Assembly: GCA_902559355.1 (NCBI GenBank) | Contig: CACEHM010000005.1 | Location: forward strand, 11,755 to 75,754 | Length of the DNA stretch: 64,000 nt | Direction: 5' to 3' | Source of the DNA: an uncultured Gammaproteobacteria bacterium | GTDB taxonomy: Bacteria > Pseudomonadota > Gammaproteobacteria > GCA-002705445 > GCA-002716945 | Part shown: one piece after another, positions 30,537 to 39,752 of the stretch | Position numbering within the stretch: the stretch's first letter is position 1 | How the letters are laid out: each line of letters starts with the position of its first letter | Position numbers and translations under genes: made by a program | The notes under the pieces: model-generated | Seen by the model: only the letters and a program-made list of their open reading frames with translations | What the model was told of the DNA's origin: nothing | Databases searched by the model: none

Positions 30537-30689
30537 ATGCTTTATGTATGTGATGAGTTGCCTGATATGCTTCAGGCGTTCATCTTTATATCATTAGTTA
30601 TATTTTTTTGGATGCTATCTTATAGAAGTTTTAGTTTTACAGGTATAACAAAAAAACAATCTCGTAGTCTATATTTACTCGGTTTTTGA
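30537..30689 (+). CDS. putative 50-aa single-TM peptide
   Basis: Manual translation MLYVCDELPDMLQAFIFISLVIFFWMLSYR...; no clear SD. Confidence 0.3.
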   Translation: MLYVCDELPDMLQAFIFISLVIFFWMLSYRSFSFTGITKKQSRSLYLLGF

Positions 30690-30714
30690 TAAATGTAATC
30701 AACAAAATGTAAAA

Positions 30715-32793
30715 TTATACTTTCTTGATTTGAGCTAGGACTGTATAAAAGATTGGACCATCACCCATATCTGTTAAGTCTTGAGAGTTAAGTGCATTGG
30801 CATTGAGACCGTTTTTGACCAGTGAACCCCTATATTGTTTTTGTGTAGAGGCCACACCCTCAAGCATTGAATCTTTAATGATTGCATGTGCAAAGGTTTC
30901 ACCCACATCATTAAAAACTTTACATAGATCGCCATCTTTAATTTTTCTTTTTTTTGCATCAATAGAGGATATTTCAATAGTAGGTCGTGATGCCATATTT
31001 CTTAATCTTTCAACTGGTACAAATGAATTTCCAATAAATTGATGTGTTGCAGGGCTTAATATTTGAATAGGGTATTTTTTTTTAATTTCTGACTTTTTGA
31101 ATTCTTCAGTGTAAGAAGGATAAGCACCTAGCCCAATCTTTTTTGTATCTTCAGAATAAATTTGTATTTTTTTATCTTTAGTGGGCCACCCCGTTTTTAA
31201 ATAATTGCGCCTTGGATTATTTACATCCCCTTTGACCCAACCATTTTTTTTGAGTTTTTCATATGTCACACCTTTGAACAAAGGATTATGCTTAGGATCA
31301 ATCATATTTTTTATCATACTTTCATCAGATTCTCTGAAGCACTTATCTTTGTATCCCATGTGTTTTGCCAAATCTCTAAATAGATCCTGATTTGATTTAC
31401 TCTCACCTAATGGCTTTATAGCTTGTTGAGTAAGGCTAAAATAATAATGACCATATGGTGCATGAAGATCTGTGTGTTCAAGTTGAGTATCGGCAGGCAA
31501 TACCACATCAGCATACATGCAGCTATCAGTCCAAAAAGTATCATGAACAACTGTAAATAAATCTTTTCTTTTTAACCCATCCCTAACGTTACTGCTATCA
31601 GGTGTACAATTTGCAATATCAGAATTCCAAACAAACAAATGTTTAATTGGAGGGTCAAGATTCTTATCATTTAGTGCTTTTCCAATTTGGACCATGTTAA
31701 TACTTCTAGGTTTTTTGTTTTCTAAAAGGTCAGGCCTTTGCAATTTTTGTAAATCAACATTCCACATCTCTTCAATAGAACCCACAAAACATCCCGACTC
31801 TTTATGTTTCCATGCACCTGTTATTGCCGGCAATATCATAATTGTTCTTGTCATCATGCCACCATTTCTGTGTCTATTGAGCCCGTAGTTTGGCCTTATA
31901 TAACTTCTTTTTGCTTTTGCGTATTCGTATGCTAGTTTTTTGATATCAGTCTGTTTGAGACCTGTTATCTTTGCTACTTTACTAAGTGTATATTTTGGTA
32001 GCTCATTTTTAATAAAGTCTTCAGAACCCGAAGTATGTTTTTTTAAAAAAGCTTTATCGTGCAGATTATTTTTTACAATTTCATTCATCATGCCAAGTGC
32101 CAATGCAGAATCTGTTCCAGGCTTAGGCTGTAGATGCCAGTGGCACATTACACTTGTTCTGGTCTCTCTTGGATCTATACAAACTATTTTTGCTCCATTT
32201 TTTTTTGCTTCTTCTAAAAAAGGAACCATATGCACGTGTGTTGAAGCCACATTCGTACCCCATAAAATTATGTAATCATTTTTAGGTACTTCATCTATTG
32301 CAGGACCACATGCTGCGCCGTATGTATAAATACCAGCTGTTGATGCTGCTGCAATGCAAATTGTTCTTCCAAGTCTCGCAGCACCAACTTTATTCCAAAA
32401 TCTTTCAGACATACCCCAATATCCAAGCATACCGAGTGTCCCAGAATATGAATAAGGCTGAATAGAATCACCCCCGTACTCTTTTAGATTTTTATTAATA
32501 TTTTGACTAATAAGTTTTAATACATAGTCCCATGAAACTTTTTTAAATTTACCTTTTTTACCTTTTGGTCCAACTCGAACATGAGGGTACAAAATTCTAT
32601 TTTTGTTATAGACAAGATCTAAGTAGTGATTAACTTTATTACAAAGAAAACCTTTTGTAATTGGGTGCTCTTCGTTACCTCTTAATTTAACTGCCTTACC
32701 AGTTGATTTATCGACAGTGACTACCAATGAACAAGTATCAGGACAGTCATGAGGACAGGTAACATTTATATCTTTGAATTTAGGCTGACGCAT
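30715..32793 (-). CDS. cytoplasmic molybdopterin (bis-MGD) oxidoreductase, uncharacterised MopB_3/YyaE-like clade
   Basis: CPHDCPDTC..GFLCNK Fe-S motif, YSYSGTLG, RTIC, PGTDSALALG, ADVVLPA, C-terminal molydop-binding domain; no Tat signal. Confidence 0.88.
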   Translation of the reverse strand: MRQPKFKDINVTCPHDCPDTCSLVVTVDKSTGKAVKLRGNEEHPITKGFLCNKVNHYLDLVYNKNRILYPHVRVGPKGKKGKFKKVSWDYVLKLISQNINKNLKEYGGDSIQPYSYSGTLGMLGYWGMSERFWNKVGAARLGRTICIAAASTAGIYTYGAACGPAIDEVPKNDYIILWGTNVASTHVHMVPFLEEAKKNGAKIVCIDPRETRTSVMCHWHLQPKPGTDSALALGMMNEIVKNNLHDKAFLKKHTSGSEDFIKNELPKYTLSKVAKITGLKQTDIKKLAYEYAKAKRSYIRPNYGLNRHRNGGMMTRTIMILPAITGAWKHKESGCFVGSIEEMWNVDLQKLQRPDLLENKKPRSINMVQIGKALNDKNLDPPIKHLFVWNSDIANCTPDSSNVRDGLKRKDLFTVVHDTFWTDSCMYADVVLPADTQLEHTDLHAPYGHYYFSLTQQAIKPLGESKSNQDLFRDLAKHMGYKDKCFRESDESMIKNMIDPKHNPLFKGVTYEKLKKNGWVKGDVNNPRRNYLKTGWPTKDKKIQIYSEDTKKIGLGAYPSYTEEFKKSEIKKKYPIQILSPATHQFIGNSFVPVERLRNMASRPTIEISSIDAKKRKIKDGDLCKVFNDVGETFAHAIIKDSMLEGVASTQKQYRGSLVKNGLNANALNSQDLTDMGDGPIFYTVLAQIKKV

Positions 32794-34420
32794 TTATTTT
32801 ACTAATTTTAGCTAATGAAATTGCGCCAGTAGGACAGGCTTTTTCGCACTCACCACATCTAACGCATACCTTAGGATCAATATATAAGAGTCCATGATAG
32901 ATCCCATGTGATTTGCCAGGCTCTATTTTTTTTAATGAAACCTCACCATTATCATCAATACTTTTTGATGAAAGTTCTTTGATACATTCATGGACGGGCC
33001 TAACAAGTAAACATTCATCACACAAAACACATAAGTCATTATTTATCGCAAATTGATAATGACACAAGTAGCATCTTGATGATTCTTTTTTGCTTTCTAG
33101 TTTGTTATATCCAAGTTCCACCTCTGCTGTAAATGTTCTTTTTGGCAGATCTTTTAATCTCATATCTGTGAGCGGAATATAATTATCTTTGAGTGTTCTT
33201 TTTGTTGAATTTGTACTTTCTAGAGTATATCTTTCGCTCAGAACATTTCGTTTCATTAAGTACTTATCAACATCAATTGCAGTTTTTTTTGCATCTCCGA
33301 TAGCATTAATAAGCGTGGTTGCACCTAATTTGTAGTCACCCGCAAAGAAAATATTTTCACTTTTTCTGGCTGAAAACTGCTGACTCTGACCTATAGCTAA
33401 AATTATATGATCTGTTCTTATTTTAAATTTACTTCGTGGCACATCCTCTAGCTTTCCATTTTTAATATTATTTTGAGTTTTTGCTAATTCAAGATATTTT
33501 AGTTTACCTTTTTCAGTTATCAATTTATTTGGACGAGCACGAAATATCATTTTACCCTTTTCGTTTACTAATTCTTCAAGCTCGCCAGGGAGTATTTCTA
33601 GATCTCCTTGCTCTCTTCTATAAAAAGTCCTCACAGATTTAGCGCCTAACCTGAGAGCAGTACGAGCACAATCCATTGAGGTATATCCTCCCCCTATAAC
33701 TATTACATTCTTGCCAACATAATGATTGTTATTCTCATTGACGCGTAATAAAAAATCTAAACCATCTTCAACATTTGGATTATCACTAAAAACCTTATTC
33801 AAAATATTAGGTTTTAATGTTCCCATTGCGCATATCACTGCATCATACTTTTCAGATAATTTATGTATCTCAGCAGAGGAAGATATTGATTTATTTAGTT
33901 CAACTTTTATACCAAGATTTGTAATTTGTTTTATTTCTTTTTCAATTAATTCCCTTGGAAGTCTAAAAATTGGTATACCTTGATTGAGCATTCCTCCTAG
34001 CGAACTATGTTTTTCATAAAGAGTAACGTTATGGCCAAATCTTTTTAGTTCTGCTGATGCAGCCAGTCCAGCAACTCCACCGCCGATAACAAGAATATTT
34101 TTTCCTGTGCCTTTTTGCTTATTTTTTAATCTGACCTTGTTAGATGAAGAATATTTCCCCGCAGCTCTTTTTGAAAAACATATTGATACAGATTCTCCAT
34201 TTTCATTTTCCCCATGCCTACAATTATCCTCGCATGGTCTGGAACATACTCTACCTAAAATTTCAGGGAAGAAATTATCGTTAAAATTAATTTCATAGGC
34301 TTCGTTAAAATTGTTATTGTATATTGCTTCAAGATATCCTGGGATATCAGTATCTGCAGGACATGAGCTTCTACAAGGCACGCTGTTTTTATACAATTGT
34401 TTAAGTTGATTTTTCCCCAT
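32780..34420 (-). CDS. GltD/DsrL-like FAD/NADPH oxidoreductase with C-terminal ferredoxin
   Basis: CRSSCP..GRVCSRPCEDNC, GGGVAG, GGGYTSMD, YRR, C-terminal CVLCDEC and CVRCGECEKACP; ATG 34420 after GGGGAG. Confidence 0.85.
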   Translation of the reverse strand: MGKNQLKQLYKNSVPCRSSCPADTDIPGYLEAIYNNNFNEAYEINFNDNFFPEILGRVCSRPCEDNCRHGENENGESVSICFSKRAAGKYSSSNKVRLKNKQKGTGKNILVIGGGVAGLAASAELKRFGHNVTLYEKHSSLGGMLNQGIPIFRLPRELIEKEIKQITNLGIKVELNKSISSSAEIHKLSEKYDAVICAMGTLKPNILNKVFSDNPNVEDGLDFLLRVNENNNHYVGKNVIVIGGGYTSMDCARTALRLGAKSVRTFYRREQGDLEILPGELEELVNEKGKMIFRARPNKLITEKGKLKYLELAKTQNNIKNGKLEDVPRSKFKIRTDHIILAIGQSQQFSARKSENIFFAGDYKLGATTLINAIGDAKKTAIDVDKYLMKRNVLSERYTLESTNSTKRTLKDNYIPLTDMRLKDLPKRTFTAEVELGYNKLESKKESSRCYLCHYQFAINNDLCVLCDECLLVRPVHECIKELSSKSIDDNGEVSLKKIEPGKSHGIYHGLLYIDPKVCVRCGECEKACPTGAISLAKISKINASA

Positions 34421-34507
34421 TGAGCTCCCCAATACAAATTTAGCAAAAAAAATAATTTCTCGCCAGTATTGATACAATACATCACTCTATTCAGCCTTGT
34501 TTTCTTC

Positions 34508-34529
34508 TATATTAGTAAATACTAATATA
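34508..34529. promoter_or_regulatory. perfect 10-2-10 palindrome TATATTAGTA-AA-TACTAATATA (putative ArsR operator)
   Basis: In the divergent promoter between the GltD-like and DUF1326 genes. Confidence 0.65.
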
Positions 34530-34594
34530 ATCTTAATGCTATATTTTTGCCTTATAAAGTATTACTATATTTTTAGAATTACTCGGAGATTATT

Positions 34595-35197
34595 ATGAGT
34601 TGGAGTTTAGAAGGCAATTACGCAGAAAATTGTAATTGCGATATCATGTGTCCCTGCTTATATCTGCAAACACCTACAGAAGGTTTTTGTGAAGCAATGT
34701 TAGTTTGGGACATAAAAAAAGGGCATCTTAATGATGTAAAACTTGATGGACTTAAAGTTTCTATCTGGTTACATGCACCAGGCCCACAATTAACTGAAGG
34801 CGGATTTAAAATTGCATTGTATATTGATGAAAATGCTTCAGATGAACAAGCAACTGCACTAGAAGAACTTTACGGCGGAAAACATGGCGGCCACTTAGGA
34901 GTCATTGCTAGTCTTGTAGGTGAGGTAATGGGCGTTAAAAAAGCAGCAATCACGTGCGATATCTCAGGGAATAAAAAAACACTTAAAGTCGCAGGTGCTG
35001 GCGAGTGGGATATGGATGCTGTAGAAGATGGTAATGGTAATGTTGCTAAGTGCGAATATCATCCGTTAGCTATCAATCCTGGTTTCCCAGTTGAGGTGAG
35101 TAAAACAAATAAACAGTCTTATACTGATTTTGGACAAAATTGGAGTCCTAAACCAGACAGAGTTGGTCTATCAGGACCGTTCTCTTACGCACCGTAA
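34595..35197 (+). CDS. DUF1326 family protein (Cys-rich, putative metal-binding)
   Basis: W.L.G.Y.ENCNCDIMCPC...PTEGFC, IKKG....VKLDGL, LYIDE.A..EQ..AL. Confidence 0.85.
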   Translation: MSWSLEGNYAENCNCDIMCPCLYLQTPTEGFCEAMLVWDIKKGHLNDVKLDGLKVSIWLHAPGPQLTEGGFKIALYIDENASDEQATALEELYGGKHGGHLGVIASLVGEVMGVKKAAITCDISGNKKTLKVAGAGEWDMDAVEDGNGNVAKCEYHPLAINPGFPVEVSKTNKQSYTDFGQNWSPKPDRVGLSGPFSYAP

Positions 35198-35218
35198 AAT
35201 CTGTTTAAATCTGTTATT

Positions 35219-35248
35219 AAAAAGGAGAGGTTAAACTCTCCTTTTTTT
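35219..35248 (+). terminator. intrinsic (probably bidirectional) terminator
   Basis: A5-GGAGAG-GTTAAA-CTCTCC-T7. Confidence 0.8.
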
Positions 35249-35295
35249 ATATTTTTTTTGATTAGCTATTTAAATATGCATAAGATAATACTCAT

Positions 35296-36726
35296 TTGAT
35301 AATTATGACTGAAGACTCTAGAGATATAATTGAACAAGATCTTAATAAGGCTATTAATTTTCTTGGGCAAAATAAATTTTCAGAAGCAGAGTCAATTTGT
35401 AATCAAATTTTAAAAGAAAAAGATAATTCGGATGCTTATCACATACTCTCATCAATCAAACTCTATAAACAGGAGTTTAATCAATCAATAGAATTAGTAA
35501 ATAAGTCTATTGATATCAATAGTGAGAATCCTGGATATTATGTGACACTAGGATGTGCACATAGCGCATCAAAAGATTATAAAAATTCTATCAAAGCATT
35601 TATAAAAGCTATTAGTTTAAATGCTGAAGTGGCACAAGTTCATTTTTACTTAGGTGAGTCATATAGAAAACTAAAGAAATATAATGATGCAATAGCCTCA
35701 TTTTACCGAACTATTGAACTATCACCAGATCATGTTGCTGCATACATGTTACTAGGTTTAGTCTACCAAGAAAAAAAACAATTCGACTTATCTGTCCAGT
35801 CATTTAAAAAATGCATTGAAATTATGCCAGATTATCCAGAAGCGCATCTCAACTTAGGTCTATGTTACTTATTAGTTGGTGATTATGAAAACGGTTGGAG
35901 AGAATACGAGTGGAGGAAAAAACTAACAAAATTACCTATTGGTGATCTGAAGAAAGAGTGGACGGGGCAAAGCCTAGATAATAAGACACTGTTAATACTA
36001 CATGAGGGGAATGAAAATTTATTACATTTTATTAGATTTGCAAAGGAGCTTCATAAAGATAATTGCAAAATCATACTCCAATGCAGCAATGCAGCAATGG
36101 AATTGATGGTAAATCAGAAATGGATAAATGAAGTAGTTCCAGAAGACAGTATTCCGGAACACGATTACCACGTGCATATAGGATCTTTGATGAAAGTGCT
36201 TCAATGTAACCCAAATAATTTACCACAGAAATATCCTTATCTTGATTCAAAAAATAAAAAAGCTCAAAGTTCAGAAAAAGATAAATTAAATATTGGAGTT
36301 GTCATTGAAACAAGTCGGGAATCAAATGCCCATGATGATGAGAGCATTGATGAAGAGACATTCAGAAATGTTTTTAATGATACTCATAACATAATTTGTT
36401 TAGATGAAAAGATAGAAAAAGCAAATCTTCCAACTCTATACAATAAACATTTCAATTACACTGATCTAGATGAACTGGCTAGATTTGTTTCAAGTTTGGA
36501 TTTGGTAATTACTGTCGATCATCTTGTCGCACACCTAGCAGGAGCACTAAATGTTAATACAATTTTAATGTTACCTTGTGTACCAAATTGGAGATGGGAG
36601 ATTACGCACCGTAATACGACACCTTGGTATAAAAGTGTTACCATATTTAGGCAGGAAACTCCCGGGGATTGGAAATCTGTAATCAAGAAAGTAAAAGAAA
36701 AACTAGAAGAAAATATCCATGTCTGA
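35296..36726 (+). CDS. TPR-repeat protein with C-terminal GT-B (GT9-like) glycosyltransferase domain
   Basis: About 6 TPRs, then GWREYEWR, LDLVITVD..VAHLAGAL, NWRW, TPWY. Confidence 0.8.
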   Translation: MIIMTEDSRDIIEQDLNKAINFLGQNKFSEAESICNQILKEKDNSDAYHILSSIKLYKQEFNQSIELVNKSIDINSENPGYYVTLGCAHSASKDYKNSIKAFIKAISLNAEVAQVHFYLGESYRKLKKYNDAIASFYRTIELSPDHVAAYMLLGLVYQEKKQFDLSVQSFKKCIEIMPDYPEAHLNLGLCYLLVGDYENGWREYEWRKKLTKLPIGDLKKEWTGQSLDNKTLLILHEGNENLLHFIRFAKELHKDNCKIILQCSNAAMELMVNQKWINEVVPEDSIPEHDYHVHIGSLMKVLQCNPNNLPQKYPYLDSKNKKAQSSEKDKLNIGVVIETSRESNAHDDESIDEETFRNVFNDTHNIICLDEKIEKANLPTLYNKHFNYTDLDELARFVSSLDLVITVDHLVAHLAGALNVNTILMLPCVPNWRWEITHRNTTPWYKSVTIFRQETPGDWKSVIKKVKEKLEENIHV

Positions 36727-37492
36727 ATTTTTAATAGAGCAAGCTATGAGAGAAGCAATAGATCTTCAGAATAAAAATCAATTAGATGATGCAAAATCTA
36801 TTTATAAAAAAATCATAGCACATGATAAAAATAATAGTGATGCCTATCATTTGATATCTTTGATTTATCTTGTTGAAGGAAAACTTGATGAGGCAAAAAA
36901 CAATATCATGAGCGCTATAGAGCTCCAGCCGAAGATTTCTGTCTATCATAGTAATTATGGCAATATTCTTTATCAAAGTAATAACTTAGAATTTGCAATC
37001 CAAGAACATAAAAGGGCGATCAAACTTGACAAAAAAAACTTCCAATCATTTTATGGTCTTGGAGTAGTATATTCGTATTTAAAAAACTATGAAAAAGCAA
37101 TTGAGTACTATAAAAAAGCTTTATCACTAGATGGAGAGTCATCAGTTGCTCATAATAATCTTGCAAATATTTACAATAATGTAAATCCTAATTTAGCAGA
37201 AGAACATTATCTGAAAGTATTAGAGCTAGTCTCCGATGATGCAATGCCTTATATAAATATATCTAACTATTATCTTAAAAATACAAAATATAAAAAGTGT
37301 GTACAAATTCTAGAGGAAGCTTTAGATAAAAATATTAAAGTTAAAGAATTATATAATAATCTTGGAATTGCTTATTATGCAACCAAAGATAATATTAAAG
37401 CTAAAACAATGTTTGAGCAGGCCATTAAGCTTGATCCAGACTACAGTCATGCTCTGGATAACCTGAAAAATATTAATAATCTTGAGAAATAA
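36719..37492 (+). CDS. TPR-repeat protein
   Basis: Serial TPRs (YHSNYGNILY, FYGLGVVY, AHNNLANIY, YNNLGIAY). Confidence 0.85.
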   Translation: MSEFLIEQAMREAIDLQNKNQLDDAKSIYKKIIAHDKNNSDAYHLISLIYLVEGKLDEAKNNIMSAIELQPKISVYHSNYGNILYQSNNLEFAIQEHKRAIKLDKKNFQSFYGLGVVYSYLKNYEKAIEYYKKALSLDGESSVAHNNLANIYNNVNPNLAEEHYLKVLELVSDDAMPYINISNYYLKNTKYKKCVQILEEALDKNIKVKELYNNLGIAYYATKDNIKAKTMFEQAIKLDPDYSHALDNLKNINNLEK

Positions 37493-37536
37493 TATTTACT
37501 TTTGGTGCATTCCTTCTTAATATGTAATAAGGGGGA

Positions 37537-38448
37537 GTGTCAATGAAAAGATACATATCTGCACTTGCAGTAATTGTTATATCGTCTAGTCTTTATGCTG
37601 GAGAAGCCAGTAAGGCTGTTGATGAAATTAAACATTCAGCTATTAATCAGGCATTTTCATATGGAGATTCTGCTATTGAATCGTGGGCCCGAGATAATCT
37701 AACTAGCCTCAGACTAATTGAAATTGAAACTAGGTCTAGAGAAGATTCCAAACCTACCTTTAGAGCAATTTCGTTATTTGAAATTGGAGGTAACGACTTT
37801 AATAAAATATTGTCACAAATATCATACTCAACATTTGATGATGATGAAACACTAAATGCTGGGCTTGTTTATAGAATGATGAACAGTGATATGACAGTAA
37901 TATATGGATTGAATATTTTTTATGATCATCAATTTAACACCGGTCATGCAAGAACAGGGCTTGGTTTTGAAATGAAATCAAGTGTGTACGATGTGAATGT
38001 TAACTTTTATGATGCACAAACTGAACTTCATCATGTTGACGGAGTTCCTGAAGTTGCAGCTGGAGGTTACGATGCTGAAATTGGTATGCAGGTTCCTTAC
38101 TTACCTTGGGCAAAATTATATTACAAGGCTTACCAATGGAATAATGAAACATTAAATATAAAAGATGGTGAGAATATAAGTTTGTACATGGAGCCAACAT
38201 CACATCTTGCTGTTGAATTAGGTATGCAAGATGATGACACTATGAGTAGCAATGGGTTCATTAAATTAAATTATGTTCTATGCTGTAATGAAAGAAAAGT
38301 GGGACCCTCTATATTTACTGTATCTAATCAAGCATTTAACTATGGCAAAATTAATAGCGATAGAATGTACGAAAAAGTAAGAAGAGAAAATAATATCATC
38401 ACTGTACGTGGTGGTGGTGAGTTTGTAGTAACAGCGAGCGGGTTTTGA
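37537..38448 (+). CDS. inverse autotransporter (intimin/invasin-type) beta-barrel without a passenger domain
   Basis: Signal peptide, TLNAGLVYR, GLNIFYD, RTGLGFE, GYDAEIG, ending RMYEKVRRENNI (intimin barrel end signature). Confidence 0.78.
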   Translation: MSMKRYISALAVIVISSSLYAGEASKAVDEIKHSAINQAFSYGDSAIESWARDNLTSLRLIEIETRSREDSKPTFRAISLFEIGGNDFNKILSQISYSTFDDDETLNAGLVYRMMNSDMTVIYGLNIFYDHQFNTGHARTGLGFEMKSSVYDVNVNFYDAQTELHHVDGVPEVAAGGYDAEIGMQVPYLPWAKLYYKAYQWNNETLNIKDGENISLYMEPTSHLAVELGMQDDDTMSSNGFIKLNYVLCCNERKVGPSIFTVSNQAFNYGKINSDRMYEKVRRENNIITVRGGGEFVVTASGF

Positions 38449-39296
38449 GTATGAAAAAATTAATATACATATTTTTCCTTATAATCATCACACCACTTAG
38501 TAGCATGGCAAATACTTGTACTGTTACAAGTGGAGTAACTACCGTAGATAATGATAGTTGTGGAAGTCAACCAGATTCATATGGCATCAGAATGTACAAG
38601 ATGTATTTATGCACTTCTGCAGCAACTGAACCTACAACATCTAGTGCAGCTGATCTTACTGCAGGTGGATGCGTCTTAGTCTTAAATGGTGGAGCAGATG
38701 GTGTTCGAGTAGACGTGACGGGCTCTACAAAAGTTAATTTCACTGGTGCAACTTTTACGAAACCGCCCGCAGGTGTATACACTCATGGATACATGCATAT
38801 TGATAATATATTTTTCATCAAACAACAAAGAATATTCAATGAAGCCAAAGAAGGTAGAGTTGATGGTGCTGATTCGGGCATTCATTGCTCTACTGTATCG
38901 GGCACAGGTAACGAGACAGATGGTAAATCATCAACCTGTGGGAGTTCAGCAATAGCAGCAGGTACATGGGGGTCAATCCTATTAGATTTAGATGGTGGAA
39001 CTGCTGGTATGCAGGCGACGGCCGAGGCTGAGAATCTAAATAATACTGGCAGCAATATAAAGGGCATACTTGTAGACACCAATGGTCATACAGCTGAATC
39101 AACAGGCGAAGTTGATTCACTTGAGGGATTCCAAACTTTTGGAACTCCAGTAGTTGTTGGTATTAATCTAAAATCGTTTGATATTGCTTTTGGTATTACT
39201 GAGGGATCTACAATTTTTGAAGATACCAATTCTCCTCCAGTTGTAGGTTTTGGTAGCGGTCCTTTCCAAGCAGTCATCACACCTATTAATCATTAA
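38445..39296 (+). CDS. secreted Thr/Gly/Ser-rich protein with 6 Cys
   Basis: Signal peptide MKKLIYIFFLIIITPLSSMA; coupled to the barrel gene. Confidence 0.7.
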   Translation: MSMKKLIYIFFLIIITPLSSMANTCTVTSGVTTVDNDSCGSQPDSYGIRMYKMYLCTSAATEPTTSSAADLTAGGCVLVLNGGADGVRVDVTGSTKVNFTGATFTKPPAGVYTHGYMHIDNIFFIKQQRIFNEAKEGRVDGADSGIHCSTVSGTGNETDGKSSTCGSSAIAAGTWGSILLDLDGGTAGMQATAEAENLNNTGSNIKGILVDTNGHTAESTGEVDSLEGFQTFGTPVVVGINLKSFDIAFGITEGSTIFEDTNSPPVVGFGSGPFQAVITPINH

Positions 39297-39302
39297 TAGC
39301 TG

Positions 39303-39698
39303 CTATTCGTGACAGGCATACTCCTCTCTCAAGCAAAGCTTTCTATTTCTGAGGTGAGATAGTATAAGCATTAGACTACCTGCAATTGTGATCAAGACAG
39401 TTATTAGTTCTTCCGAATGTTCTTCTGCATGAAAGATCTCATGAAATAATAGTGATGAAGCGAGTAATATTACTCCTAACGTACCCATAACCGCAACTTT
39501 AAGATCACCATGTTTGCGACAACCTAGAACAAATGCAACAACTGCACATGGAAGAATAAAATAAATTAAAGCTTCATGAAATTCGTGACTTGCTAGAAAC
39601 GAATAGGGGGCAATTATAAAAATTGCAGGTAAAAGTACACAATGTATAGCACATACTGAAGATATTGTTATTCCCAGATTATCTATTATTTTTTGCAT
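39303..39698 (-). CDS. MerC-domain membrane protein, His-rich
   Basis: GITISSVCAIHC, HEFHE, GCRKH, FHEIFHAEEH, HLRNRKLC. Confidence 0.8.
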   Translation of the reverse strand: MQKIIDNLGITISSVCAIHCVLLPAIFIIAPYSFLASHEFHEALIYFILPCAVVAFVLGCRKHGDLKVAVMGTLGVILLASSLLFHEIFHAEEHSEELITVLITIAGSLMLILSHLRNRKLCLREEYACHE

Positions 39699-39752
39699 TG
39701 ATGTAAAACGTATTATGCATACTTACAATTAAAATGATAGCATAAATAGCAT

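Noticed and set aside
23252-30700. tRNA-anchored prophage or integrative element
   Set aside because: No integrase, transposase, structural gene or duplicated tRNA 3' end was seen
32780-34420. Calling the GltD-like gene dsrL or gltD
   Set aside because: No adjacent gltB, not in the dsr operon, C-terminal Cys pattern differs from DsrL as I recall it, and it is coupled to a Mo-enzyme
35258-35280. Additional copy of the shared operator (GATTAG...AAATAT)
   Set aside because: Wrong spacing and several mismatches; likely AT-rich background
39699-39752. Zur box upstream of the His-rich MerC-domain gene
   Set aside because: No convincing match to the Zur palindrome; a mercury-resistance call was also rejected since no other mer genes are present
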